A stretch of DNA of 62,792 nt, counting the filler. It is 6 parts of 6 records of this genome, joined end to end, with 100 filler letters (N's around TTAATTAATTAA, not from the genome) between each part and the next. Parts side by side here need not be neighbours in the genome. Positions count along the whole stretch, not along the records: positions 33,812 to 39,024 come from SRR31156797_6345; positions 39,125 to 50,251 come from SRR31156797_6350; 4 more parts are not named here. The stretch is one strand, 5' to 3'. A program made the position numbers and the translations under genes. The notes beneath the pieces are model-generated. The model had not been told where the DNA came from, searched no databases, and saw only the letters and a program-made list of their open reading frames with translations. Below, piece by piece: positions 38,275-47,774 of the stretch. Numbering within the stretch: the first letter of the stretch is position 1; every line of letters starts with the position of its first letter.

Positions 38275-39024
38275 TTAATCGTTTTTTGCCAACTCAAAGT
38301 CAGCAATGGTCGATTTTGCTTCGCTTACTTTTACGTTTTGTATTGTGTCAGGAAGATAACCTTCTAAATTTGCAATGAGATGGTAAGTGCCAGCTTTTAA
38401 TCCGACAACTTTGTAATTTCCATCCTCGTTAGAGAAAGCGGTGGTATGTAAACTGTCAATTATTGTATCTTGTTGAGGTATCCAAACTTCAATAGAGGCA
38501 TTTTCAAGGGCCAGTCCGGCAGTGTCTATTACCATTCCCTCAATTCTTCCGGCTCGTTCCATTAGAATTCCGTGCACAACAGGTTTAAAGTTGAATCCAT
38601 TAATTCTACCCTGTTTCCAGTTACCTTTTGCGGCAAAAGATTTGCTTACGTCAAAGTCAAGGAGTACATCAGTAGTCTGACCATCATTTATTTCAATAGA
38701 TGGTTCTATCTTTACTTTTAATCCACTGGAGTTACTGCTGGGAATTTTTAGTTGAAATTCTGTATTGTCGTTTAACACCACTTTTGCATCTGTAACATGT
38801 AGCCGAATCATGTCATAAGATCCCGTTTCAAGGTTAACCGAAGCCAAAGAATGGGTAACACCATTAGAGAGTGTGAGTAAATCTATTATCGTTGTATCTT
38901 CAGAAAGAACAATAAAATCGGTACCTGATGAATCGGATTCCTGTCTTCTTACTTCAATTTTGTTAATTGTTACAAAGGTTTCGGAGACCAAATCAATTGG
39001 GAAAGGAGCATCTGTGAGGTAGAT
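38275..39024 (-). CDS. DUF4382 domain protein with carboxypeptidase-regulatory-like domain (5'-truncated)
   Basis: 'LTDAP' at the contig edge, 'LKIPS...SGLKV', 'LLDFDVSKS', 'FKPV'. Confidence 0.8.
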   Translation of the reverse strand: MYLTDAPFPIDLVSETFVTINKIEVRRQESDSSGTDFIVLSEDTTIIDLLTLSNGVTHSLASVNLETGSYDMIRLHVTDAKVVLNDNTEFQLKIPSSNSSGLKVKIEPSIEINDGQTTDVLLDFDVSKSFAAKGNWKQGRINGFNFKPVVHGILMERAGRIEGMVIDTAGLALENASIEVWIPQQDTIIDSLHTTAFSNEDGNYKVVGLKAGTYHLIANLEGYLPDTIQNVKVSEAKSTIADFELAKND

Positions 39025-39124
39025 NNNNNNNNNNNNNNNNNNNNNNNNNNNNNNNNNNNNNNNNNNNNTTAATTAATTAANNNNNNNNNNNNNNNNNNNN
39101 NNNNNNNNNNNNNNNNNNNNNNNN
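39025..39124. other. Artificial contig linker
   Basis: N44-TTAATTAATTAA-N44. Confidence 0.98.
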
Positions 39125-39125
39125 T

Positions 39126-39221
39126 AGAGTGAAAACAAGAATCAAGTTTACACATACACCATGCTACGTAAGAACTATCGTTGAACCATCGACAATTTTA
39201 CTTGATGGTGTAAAGATTTAA
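39126..39221 (+). CDS. 3' end of an unidentified CDS
   Basis: Open frame from the contig edge: RVKTRIKFTHTPCYVRTIVEPSTILLDGVKI*. Confidence 0.35.
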   Translation, partial: RVKTRIKFTHTPCYVRTIVEPSTILLDGVKI

Positions 39222-39306
39222 ACAGTTAACTATATTTAATATATTACCAAAATTTTTCTTGCTACTCTCATGCATGATAGAGATTGATGTTTTGGTCTAA
39301 GCATAT

Positions 39307-40497
39307 TTGGAGGATATTATATTGGTAAAAAAAATTAATGATGAAAATTTTAATATAGTAAATATATTGATTGTTGATGATTCAGTTGATAATGTTTTAT
39401 CTGTTGAATCAATTTTAGAAGATATAAATGATATAAATATACTGAAAGCTTATTCAGGAGAGGAAGCTTTAAAAATAACTCTAACAGAACATATTGATAT
39501 TCTACTAACTGATGTTAGAATGCCTGGAATATCAGGTTTTGAAGTTGCTGAACTTTTGAGAGGCAGAAAATTAACAAAGGATATTCCTATTATATTTATT
39601 TCCGGAGAAGGTATTGACCAGAATCATGTCTTTAAAGGTTATGAAATCGGCGCAGTTGATTATATCTTAAAACCATTTGAACCTATTGTTTTAAAATCCA
39701 AAGTTCAGGTTTTTGTTAATTTTCAAAAACAGCATAAAAGAATTAATCAATTAATTGAATCACAAAGTGAAATCAATTTAGAGATCTCTAACAAAAATAA
39801 AATCCTAAATGAAGAGATTAATAAAAGAGATCTATTTTACTCAATTGTTGCTCATGATATCAGAAGTCCTTTGGCCGGCATAATTGGTTTAATCACTAAT
39901 CTAATTGATGAAAAAGAGAGCGATGTTTCTGAAATCTTTTATGGTTTAGAATTAATTCAGAAATCAACTAAAAGCCTTGAGGAGATGCTGGAAAATCTCT
40001 TAATGTGGTCAAAATCCCAGTCTTCCTATTTGCAACCATGCTGTGAAACTATTTTAGTTTCTGATGTTATGAAACGAATATTTGATGATCTGAAAGTTCA
40101 TACAAATAAAAAGAGAATTGAACTGAATTATGATTTCAGCTTTAATCCAAAAATAAAATTTGATAAAAATATGTTTACTGTTGTAATGCGAAATTTAATA
40201 GGAAATGCTATAAAATTTTCCGGAATGAACAGTCACATTGATATATCGGTTACGCAAAATAAAATTAATACAATAATAGCCATTCAAGACTATGGTATCG
40301 GCATGAATCACTTAGAAAAGAAAAATATTTTTGATATAGAAAAAAGACATAAAAAAGTTGGAACGACAGGTGAAAAGGGAAGTGGACTTGGTTTATTAGT
40401 TTGTAAAGAATTTATTGAAAAAAATAACGGAACCATTTCACTTGAAAGTGAAGAAAAAATTGGAACAACTTTTTTTATTACATTATTAAACAACTAA
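39307..40497 (+). CDS. Hybrid response regulator / histidine kinase (REC-HisKA-HATPase)
   Basis: 'ILIVDD', 'LTDVRMPG', 'AHDIRSPL', 'NLIGNAIKFS', 'GSGLGL'. Confidence 0.92.
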   Translation: MEDIILVKKINDENFNIVNILIVDDSVDNVLSVESILEDINDINILKAYSGEEALKITLTEHIDILLTDVRMPGISGFEVAELLRGRKLTKDIPIIFISGEGIDQNHVFKGYEIGAVDYILKPFEPIVLKSKVQVFVNFQKQHKRINQLIESQSEINLEISNKNKILNEEINKRDLFYSIVAHDIRSPLAGIIGLITNLIDEKESDVSEIFYGLELIQKSTKSLEEMLENLLMWSKSQSSYLQPCCETILVSDVMKRIFDDLKVHTNKKRIELNYDFSFNPKIKFDKNMFTVVMRNLIGNAIKFSGMNSHIDISVTQNKINTIIAIQDYGIGMNHLEKKNIFDIEKRHKKVGTTGEKGSGLGLLVCKEFIEKNNGTISLESEEKIGTTFFITLLNN

Positions 40498-40512
40498 ACG
40501 GTTTTATTTTAC

Positions 40513-40544
40513 GCGGACTAAAAGAATAATAGTCCGCTTTTTTT
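40513..40544 (+). terminator. Intrinsic terminator
   Basis: GCGGACTA...TAGTCCGC plus T7. Confidence 0.75.
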
Positions 40545-40700
40545 GTGCTCTTTTGCAACTATTTTAGTTAATTTCATTCAAGTCTGAATTTTTCCACACA
40601 TCTCTTATGTAAAAAGAAGGAAATCTTTATTTTTTTAGTATAGAAACTTGAAGTGTACGACTATATCAGGTATACTAGTATAATTGGGAGGTAAAAAATT

Positions 40701-41381
40701 ATGAAATTAAAAAATATAGGAATCATCGTATTAATAGTTGTTTTTATAGTTATTCTAAAACTCAGTGGAGCTTTCAAATATATTAGTATGGAAAATCTAC
40801 TTAATCTCAAAAAATGGATTGAAAGTTTCGGAATACTTGGTCCGCTTGTATATATAGTTCTATATATTATCTCAACTCTCTTTTTCCTGCCCGGTACACC
40901 TGTAACTGTTCTGGGAGGAATTGTATTTGGCCCGGTTAAAGGTCTGCTATATACAATTATAGGAGCAGGTATAGGGCTTTCTCTTGCTTTCTTAACTGCC
41001 AGATATGCACTTAGAGGCAGTATTGAAGAGAAGTTTGCTAATTCATCTGTTTTCAAAAAACTTGACGAAGGAGTTAAAAATGAAGGGTGGAGAATTCTCA
41101 TAACTACAAGGCTTGTTCCAATTTTTCCATTCAACGTTCAAAACTATGTTTATGGTTTAACAAACATTAGCTTCATCCAATATTCAGTTTTATCAACTAT
41201 ATTTATAATTCCGGGGACAACAGCACTAGTTTTTTCTGCCGGGGCTATAGCCAGCGGAGAGGGATTTAGTACTAAAAACTTAATGTTTATTGCTATTGGT
41301 GCTTTACTATTTGTACTAGTTAGTTTGATACCTAAATTCTTAAAAGTAAAAGAAAATGATAGTGAAAATAAAGAAAACTAA
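40701..41381 (+). CDS. TVP38/TMEM64 (DedA/VTT, YdjX/Z-like) membrane protein
   Basis: 'FLPGTPVTVLGGIVFG', 'RLVPIFPFNVQNY..GLT'. Confidence 0.9.
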   Translation: MKLKNIGIIVLIVVFIVILKLSGAFKYISMENLLNLKKWIESFGILGPLVYIVLYIISTLFFLPGTPVTVLGGIVFGPVKGLLYTIIGAGIGLSLAFLTARYALRGSIEEKFANSSVFKKLDEGVKNEGWRILITTRLVPIFPFNVQNYVYGLTNISFIQYSVLSTIFIIPGTTALVFSAGAIASGEGFSTKNLMFIAIGALLFVLVSLIPKFLKVKENDSENKEN

Positions 41382-41430
41382 ATTAATAGTAAACTGATTT
41401 TAATAAGAGTTTACACAAGGAGGGGTTAAA

Positions 41431-42651
41431 TTGAGAATCAAATTACTACTACTAACAATATTATCAGCTGTATTCCTATCTTGTACAAAGGAAAAAGCTA
41501 GTGACATCATGGTTAATTCAAGTTGGGAAGATATTCAAAAATCGGCAAATGAACAAACAGTTAATTTTTATGCTTGGGGTGGAAGTGATGCAATTAATAC
41601 ATACTTAGATACGTCTATCGCTGAAGAACTGAAAAAACAGGGCGTAACGCTTAACAGAGTTCCTGTAACTGATATTAAAACTATAATAAATAAACTTTTA
41701 ACGGAAAAAATTGCGAAAAAAGAGGAAGGATCAATTGATCTTCTCTGGATTAACGGAGAAAATTTCAAATTCTCAAAAGACAATGAATTACTATGGGGGG
41801 CATTTGCAGAAAATCTCCCTAATGTTAAAAATTATGTTGATCCTAAAACAACTCAATATGATTTTGGTGAGCCAATTAATTCACTAGAATCACCATGGGG
41901 AACGGCACAATTTGTTTTCGTTAGAAACAGTAACAGTGCTAAAACATCTCCTTCAACTTACGATGATTTAACAACTATCTTAAAAAATAATCCGGGTAAA
42001 TTTACGTATCCGCAATCAAGTGACTTCATAGGAAGTGCATTTTTACGACAAATATTTAATCAGGTTAATCCACAAGGTTATGAAGCTGTTTTAGCACAGA
42101 AATTATCAGATGAAGAGGTTAAAGCGGAATTATTTCCTGTCTGGGAATATTTAAACTCTATTAAACCATATCTATGGAGAAATGGAGAAACTTATCCTGA
42201 AAGTAGTGCTAAGATGCATGAGTTATACAGTAGAGGGGAGATCATTATAACAATGGACTACACACCTCTATTAGCAGAAAGTAAAGTTAAAGATGGCAGC
42301 TTCCCAAAAAGCTCAAGAACTTTTGTATTTGATAGAGGTTCACTGTTTAACAATCATTATGTAGCTATACCATTTAATGCCCCGAATAAAGCTGCTGCAA
42401 TGGTTCTCGCTAATATATTAGCTTCTCCTAAAGCTCAGGGACTGAAAATCGATCCAAAAAACTGGGGTGACGGAACTGTTCTTGATATAAGTAAATTATC
42501 CAGTGAAGACAAAAAAATCTTTGATAATGTAGAATTAAGTGAAGTTAGTTTAACATTTGAAGAGCTTGGTAAAAGAAGAATTCCTGAATTGCCAGCTAAA
42601 TATGTTGATATTATCGAAGAGGAATGGATAAAAAATGTTGCAAAAAATTAA
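41431..42651 (+). CDS. ABC substrate-binding lipoprotein, YnjB-like
   Basis: 'VNFYAWGGS', 'DLLWINGENF', 'ESPWGTAQF', 'HYVAIPFNA'. Confidence 0.85.
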   Translation: MRIKLLLLTILSAVFLSCTKEKASDIMVNSSWEDIQKSANEQTVNFYAWGGSDAINTYLDTSIAEELKKQGVTLNRVPVTDIKTIINKLLTEKIAKKEEGSIDLLWINGENFKFSKDNELLWGAFAENLPNVKNYVDPKTTQYDFGEPINSLESPWGTAQFVFVRNSNSAKTSPSTYDDLTTILKNNPGKFTYPQSSDFIGSAFLRQIFNQVNPQGYEAVLAQKLSDEEVKAELFPVWEYLNSIKPYLWRNGETYPESSAKMHELYSRGEIIITMDYTPLLAESKVKDGSFPKSSRTFVFDRGSLFNNHYVAIPFNAPNKAAAMVLANILASPKAQGLKIDPKNWGDGTVLDISKLSSEDKKIFDNVELSEVSLTFEELGKRRIPELPAKYVDIIEEEWIKNVAKN

Positions 42652-43522
42652 ACCATATCTTATGGTTTTACCAGCTGTCTCTGTAATTACTCTATTATTT
42701 TGGCAGGGAATTTTTCAAGGATTACTAGAGAGTTTTGGTCTTAAGCCTTTAGTAGGTGATTCAAAATTTACTTTGAATATTTATAAAGAAGTTTTTGCAA
42801 GTGATTATTTTGTAGATTCATTTTTTATGACAATAAAAATTACTATTCTCAGTACTATTTTAGCCGGAATATTGGCTTTAGTTATACTGTATTTAATTTT
42901 TATTACTTCCGGTGTTTTTAATCGCAAATATGCTGATATACTGCAAAAACTACTAATTTCTCCAATGTTAGTTCCCTACTTAATTGGAGCTTATATAATC
43001 TCAACACTATTGATGCAGAGCGGATTTTTATCCGCCCTGCTTTATTCATTAGGAATTATATCTGAAATAAGTGAGTTCCCTATATTGACAAATGAAGCAA
43101 AAGGTTATAGTATCATAATAACTTATATTTGGAAAACAACGCCATTTATTATCTTAATGATATACCCTGTTTTTCAAAGAATTCAAAACAATTGGAAAGA
43201 TGTCGCACAAATATATGGAGCAGATAAAAGAAAATTTTTTCTGGAAATTATCATCCCGTTAATCACTCCTTCTTTTATCACATCTCTATTTATTATATTT
43301 GCATTTGTTTTTTCTGCATTTGAGGTACCGTATTTACTTGGAGTAACTTATCCTAAAATGCTCTCTGTACTTTCATTTGATATGTATTCAAAAGGTTTTA
43401 TTGAACAAAGACCACAATTAATGGCTGTAAATATAATAATTACATTGGTAACAATTATATTAGGTATACTGTTATACTATTTTAACTGCAAATTTATAGT
43501 AAAAGGACGAAGTAAATGGTAA
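42635..43522 (+). CDS. ABC permease (YnjC N-half-like)
   Basis: TM protein with EAA-like loop; 'FSAFEVPYLLG'. Confidence 0.85.
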   Translation: MLQKIKPYLMVLPAVSVITLLFWQGIFQGLLESFGLKPLVGDSKFTLNIYKEVFASDYFVDSFFMTIKITILSTILAGILALVILYLIFITSGVFNRKYADILQKLLISPMLVPYLIGAYIISTLLMQSGFLSALLYSLGIISEISEFPILTNEAKGYSIIITYIWKTTPFIILMIYPVFQRIQNNWKDVAQIYGADKRKFFLEIIIPLITPSFITSLFIIFAFVFSAFEVPYLLGVTYPKMLSVLSFDMYSKGFIEQRPQLMAVNIIITLVTIILGILLYYFNCKFIVKGRSKW

Positions 43523-44316
43523 AGAAGAGTTTATTTATAGTAATCTGCATAATTTTAGTTTTAATCATTTTACTTCCATTTATTCCCTTGTTTTTATATT
43601 CATTTTCTAACCAATGGGTTTTTCCTGACATATTTCCAAGAGGAATAAGTTTAAAATGGTGGAAACATGTGTTGATGGGTAGCAGAACATGGAAGGCAAT
43701 GGGAATAAGTTTCTTTATAGCTATAAGTGTAGTTATCATTAATCTTGTCCTATGTATTCCAGCAGCAAATGCTATCGGACGAAGACAATTTAAGGGAAAA
43801 TTACTATTTGAGGCTATGCTGTTTGCTCCAATAATCGTTCCGGGTTTTATATCGACTATGGGAATTCATTTTACTTTTATAAAAATAGGTTTAACAGAAA
43901 ATCTATTAGGAGTTATATTTGTACATATCATTCCTACTTTGCCATATATGATGCGTGCTTTAATTGTAAGTTTTAGTACTTTAAGTGATGATTATGAAAA
44001 TCTCGGCACTGTTTTTGGTGCAAATACAATTCAAAAATATAGATATATTATTATCCCACATATTCTTCCTGCAATTATTAGTGGTTCAAGCCTGACATTA
44101 CTTATATCATTTAGTAATTATGTGCTAACTTTAATAATTGGTGGCGGGCAGGTATTAACCGTACCTATTTTAATGTTTCCATTTATTAGCGGAGGTAATA
44201 GAGCTATAGGATCAGTATATGTTATTTTGTTTATTTTAATTAATATTTTAGCTCTTCTCTTGATGGAAAAAACTTTAAGAAAAATATATAAACGACCTGT
44301 AGATTTAATCGAATAA
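43516..44316 (+). CDS. ABC permease (YnjC C-half / PotC-like)
   Basis: 'WVFPDIFP', 'HIIPTLPY', EAA-like 'YENLGTVFGAN'. Confidence 0.85.
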   Translation: MVKKSLFIVICIILVLIILLPFIPLFLYSFSNQWVFPDIFPRGISLKWWKHVLMGSRTWKAMGISFFIAISVVIINLVLCIPAANAIGRRQFKGKLLFEAMLFAPIIVPGFISTMGIHFTFIKIGLTENLLGVIFVHIIPTLPYMMRALIVSFSTLSDDYENLGTVFGANTIQKYRYIIIPHILPAIISGSSLTLLISFSNYVLTLIIGGGQVLTVPILMFPFISGGNRAIGSVYVILFILINILALLLMEKTLRKIYKRPVDLIE

Positions 44317-44333
44317 ATAAAGCGAGGAATACA

Positions 44334-45371
44334 ATGCTTAGACTAGAAAATATTACAAAAAATTTCAATAATTTTAATATCACAAATTTTAATCTTAATG
44401 TTGAAAAAGGTGAATTTTTAACATTACTTGGAAGTTCCGGAAGTGGAAAGTCAACTATACTAAAATTAATTGCCGGACTTGATAAAGATTATTCAGGTGA
44501 TATTATTCTAAATAATAAAAATTATTTAAAAACTAAACTTATAGACCGAAAAATTAGTATGGTATTTCAGGACTCTTTACTATTCCCTCATATGAATGTT
44601 GAGGAAAATACTGCATTCGGGCTTAAAATGACAGGTGTTAATAAAAAAGAAAGACTAAAAAAGGCTAATGAGATCTTAGCAGATGTCGGTTTAAGGGATT
44701 TTGGAAAAAGATCAATTCATGAGCTAAGTGGAGGTCAAAAACAAAGAGTTGCAATTGCAAGGGCACTCGTGGTAAACCCTGAGATCATTCTAATGGATGA
44801 GCCATTTTCTGCTCTTGATAGAAACTTAAGATTGAATATGCAGGAATTAATAAAAAAACTTCATAAAGAAAGAGATATTACAATAATATTCGTTACACAT
44901 GATCAGGAGGAAGCATTCTATCTATCATCACATATTGTAATCATAAACGAAGGAAGCATAATTCAAAAGGGAATCGCTCAAGATATATTTAGAAATCCAA
45001 GTGGTGAATTTGTTGCAAACTTTTTAGGAATTAAAAATATAATCCATGGAAAAATTAAAAACCACTTATTTAAAACAGAGGATTTTCAGATCAAAATTGA
45101 TATCGAAAGCTGTAAAAACGCAATACTTTTCATTCGTGAAACTGATATAGAGATTACTGCTACAAAATCAGATCTGGAGGGCATAGTCCAAGATACTGTA
45201 TTCAAAAACGGCTTCAACTATATAAAAGTTAAAGTAAACTCACAAACTTTTAACATTATACAAAACGGAAATTATGTCGATAAGTTAAAAGAAGGTGATA
45301 TTGTTCAACTAAAATTTGACATAAATAAGATAAATGTTATGAATAATTGTGAAAATAATCAAAATATATAG
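44334..45371 (+). CDS. ABC ATP-binding protein (PotA/YnjD-like, TOBE C-terminus)
   Basis: Walker A GSSGSGKS, LSGGQ signature, 'MDEPFSALD'. Confidence 0.93.
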   Translation: MLRLENITKNFNNFNITNFNLNVEKGEFLTLLGSSGSGKSTILKLIAGLDKDYSGDIILNNKNYLKTKLIDRKISMVFQDSLLFPHMNVEENTAFGLKMTGVNKKERLKKANEILADVGLRDFGKRSIHELSGGQKQRVAIARALVVNPEIILMDEPFSALDRNLRLNMQELIKKLHKERDITIIFVTHDQEEAFYLSSHIVIINEGSIIQKGIAQDIFRNPSGEFVANFLGIKNIIHGKIKNHLFKTEDFQIKIDIESCKNAILFIRETDIEITATKSDLEGIVQDTVFKNGFNYIKVKVNSQTFNIIQNGNYVDKLKEGDIVQLKFDINKINVMNNCENNQNI

Positions 45372-45475
45372 ATTAATTTAATCAAAAAAGAGGAAATTTC
45401 AAATATTTGCATAAATATATTGAAAAGATTAATAAAACAAAATATTTATAATGATTGCATTATAGGAGGAATAAA

Positions 45476-46060
45476 ATGCTAGATACTCACGCTCGAAAAT
45501 ATGTGCAACCAATTATTAAATTAGTTGCTAAATTATTTATAAAATTTGGTTTTACTGCAAATCAAGTAACATTTATTGCCTTTATTCTAGGAATAATAGC
45601 TGCTTTAACTTACTTAGCAGGCTTTACTATTCCTGCGTTGATCATTTTATGGATATCAGGCTTACTTGATGCAGTTGATGGTACTATCGCCAGAGAAACA
45701 CAGAGCTCATCTCCATTTGGTACAGTTATGGATGTTACACTGGATAGAGTTGTAGAAATTGCATTAATGATTGTTCTTGCGTTAAAATATCCGAATTCTC
45801 ATTTTGCTCTTATGATACTAGCATGCAGTATCATAATAAATATGACGGTCTTTTTAACTGTTGGTGCTGCTGCCAAAAACGAAACAGTTAAGTCATTTCA
45901 CTATCAAACAGGTGTAGCCGAACGGACAGAAGGATTTATATTCTTTAGTTTAATGATGATTTTTACTAAACATATTATTTTAGTAGCAGTTTTATTTACT
46001 TTCGTAGTCCTATTCACATCTGGGCAAAGGTTTCGTGAAGCAAGTCAAATATTAAAATAA
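45476..46060 (+). CDS. CDP-alcohol phosphatidyltransferase family protein (YnjF-like)
   Basis: 'ANQVT', 'DAVDGTIAR...FGTVMDVTLDR', 'AERTE'. Confidence 0.88.
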   Translation: MLDTHARKYVQPIIKLVAKLFIKFGFTANQVTFIAFILGIIAALTYLAGFTIPALIILWISGLLDAVDGTIARETQSSSPFGTVMDVTLDRVVEIALMIVLALKYPNSHFALMILACSIIINMTVFLTVGAAAKNETVKSFHYQTGVAERTEGFIFFSLMMIFTKHIILVAVLFTFVVLFTSGQRFREASQILK

Positions 46061-46084
46061 AACGAAAGAGTTCAAATATAGAAG

Positions 46085-46354
46085 GTGGTGTTAGAAATGT
46101 GTAATATGAATGTTTGTTGTAATGATTTCAAGAAACTACTTAAATTAATTGATGCTATGCCAATGACGAAAAACTCTAAAGAATCTTATGAAAAGAAGTT
46201 AAAGAGTGTTATCCAGGAAGAAGCTGATATTAAAATTGATGAACACAAACACGCACTTGAAATAATTCAAAAATCAATCTCTGATGGTTTAAGCCTGAAT
46301 ACAATCTCGACTATAACAGGTTTAAGCATAGAGAAATTGGAAACAATTAAATAA
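46085..46354 (+). CDS. Small hypothetical protein with an Rpn-like C-terminal helical motif
   Basis: C-terminus 'ALEIIQKSISDGLSLNTISTITGLSIEKLETIK'. Confidence 0.55.
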   Translation: MVLEMCNMNVCCNDFKKLLKLIDAMPMTKNSKESYEKKLKSVIQEEADIKIDEHKHALEIIQKSISDGLSLNTISTITGLSIEKLETIK

Positions 46355-46381
46355 GCTGAAAACTAAAATAGTTTTCATATT

Positions 46382-46412
46382 AAAAAAATCTGCAGATTAT
46401 GCAGATTTTTTT
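46382..46412 (+). terminator. Intrinsic terminator
   Basis: AAAAAAATCTGC-agattat-GCAGATTTTTTT. Confidence 0.75.
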
Positions 46413-46426
46413 ATTTTTTACAAACT

Positions 46427-46458
46427 TTTTTCACATCCTCATCCACACATTTTTCACA
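46427..46458 (+). promoter_or_regulatory. Three co-oriented DnaA-box-like 9-mers
   Basis: TTTTTCACA (46427), TCATCCACA (46439), TTTTTCACA (46450) versus consensus TTWTNCACA. Confidence 0.35.
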
Positions 46459-46563
46459 TATTTTGTCTCCTCTAAAAAACAACACTTGTATTTTTAAGTT
46501 CATTATATAAGATACATTTTTATATTATAATGTTATTTTAAAATTTAAGAGTCATTTTTTCAC

Positions 46564-46592
46564 TTGACTTTCGGTTTTATTCTTCGTAAAAT
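46564..46592 (+). promoter_or_regulatory. Sigma70-type promoter of the lipoprotein pair
   Basis: TTGACT-N17-TAAAAT. Confidence 0.55.
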
Positions 46593-46634
46593 ATCAGTAT
46601 TATAATACAATATTAATACATTTTGGGAGGGTTT

Positions 46635-47123
46635 ATGAAAAAATTACTAAAAGGGTCATTACTATTATTTGCAAGTTTATTACTGATTTCATGTGAAGAA
46701 GAAGAAAGTAGCTCATCAAAAACAATTGTATCAACTACTACTACAGTTACAGATATTTATGCAGGAAATATTTCAGTTATCGATATGAAACTTTATACTG
46801 ATGATGAGTGTACTAATGAATTGGTCGGAGCCGCTGATAATTCAACCCTTATTCAAGCTCAGGCTACTATTAAACATGACTCAGGAAAAACAGGCCCAGT
46901 AACACTAGATGATATTTTCACAATAGGAATCTATGTTGATACAACTTTAGTTGAATCATTAAGTTTTGCAACGAATACTACAACAACTTATGAGTTCACT
47001 GTTGCCCCAACTGATTACGGCAATGGAGAGCATACAATAAAAATAGATCTAGATACTGGTGATAAATATAGTGAGACTGATGAAACTGATAATAGTGCAA
47101 CTGTTTCTTATACATTGAATTAG
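46635..47123 (+). CDS. Lipoprotein with Ig-like/CARDB-like domain (paralog 1)
   Basis: GGAGG RBS, lipobox LLISC, C-terminal 'GEHTIKIDLD...SETDETDN'. Confidence 0.75.
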   Translation: MKKLLKGSLLLFASLLLISCEEEESSSSKTIVSTTTTVTDIYAGNISVIDMKLYTDDECTNELVGAADNSTLIQAQATIKHDSGKTGPVTLDDIFTIGIYVDTTLVESLSFATNTTTTYEFTVAPTDYGNGEHTIKIDLDTGDKYSETDETDNSATVSYTLN

Positions 47124-47199
47124 GTGAACCAATAATATTTGCTAAAACTAATTAAAATATCACTATTCTAATACTAAATCAATACATTCAGGAGGGTTT

Positions 47200-47709
47200 A
47201 TGAAAAAAATACTAAAAGGGTCGTTATTATTATCAGCTAGTTTATTATTAATTTCATGCGAGGATATAGAAGAAAAATACACAGAAACTGATATGACTGC
47301 TGGAACTACAACTACTCTCGTAACTAAACAGTATGTCGGAAATATTTCATTAATTGCTAGCAATACCTATTCATTTATTGGAGCAACTTGGGAAGCTCCA
47401 ATATTGTTAAGTGAAAATCCAAGCAAAGGTGATGAAATTTATCTAGGTGCATATGTACACCAAGAAGAAGCTGAAATCGAAAATGGTTTATACTCAACAT
47501 TTAGATATAAAATTACATGTGACGGAACAGAGATTGAGTCAAGGTCTCTTCTAACATCTATACAGGAACCATTAATTTCAGCTAAATTAGATACTTCATC
47601 ATTAGACACAGGTATTCATACAGTTAAATTTATCGTTGATCCCGATGATGAGCTTTCAGAAACAAATGAAAATGATAATGAAATCACACTAACCTTTACT
47701 TTAGATTAA
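47200..47709 (+). CDS. Lipoprotein with Ig-like/CARDB-like domain (paralog 2)
   Basis: Nearly the same RBS and signal peptide; 'GIHTVKFIVDPDDELSETNENDN'. Confidence 0.75.
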   Translation: MKKILKGSLLLSASLLLISCEDIEEKYTETDMTAGTTTTLVTKQYVGNISLIASNTYSFIGATWEAPILLSENPSKGDEIYLGAYVHQEEAEIENGLYSTFRYKITCDGTEIESRSLLTSIQEPLISAKLDTSSLDTGIHTVKFIVDPDDELSETNENDNEITLTFTLD

Positions 47710-47726
47710 GCTTCGTATTTTAAATA

Positions 47727-47760
47727 AAGAAATCCGCGATTGCTCATCGCGGATTTTTTT
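47727..47760. terminator. Bidirectional terminator
   Basis: AAATCCGCGAT-tgctc-ATCGCGGATTT between convergent genes. Confidence 0.8.
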
Positions 47761-47774
47761 ATACTCTTTTATTC

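Noticed and set aside
40661-41134. 157-aa minus-strand ORF
   Set aside because: Antisense to the TVP38 gene, with no motif support.
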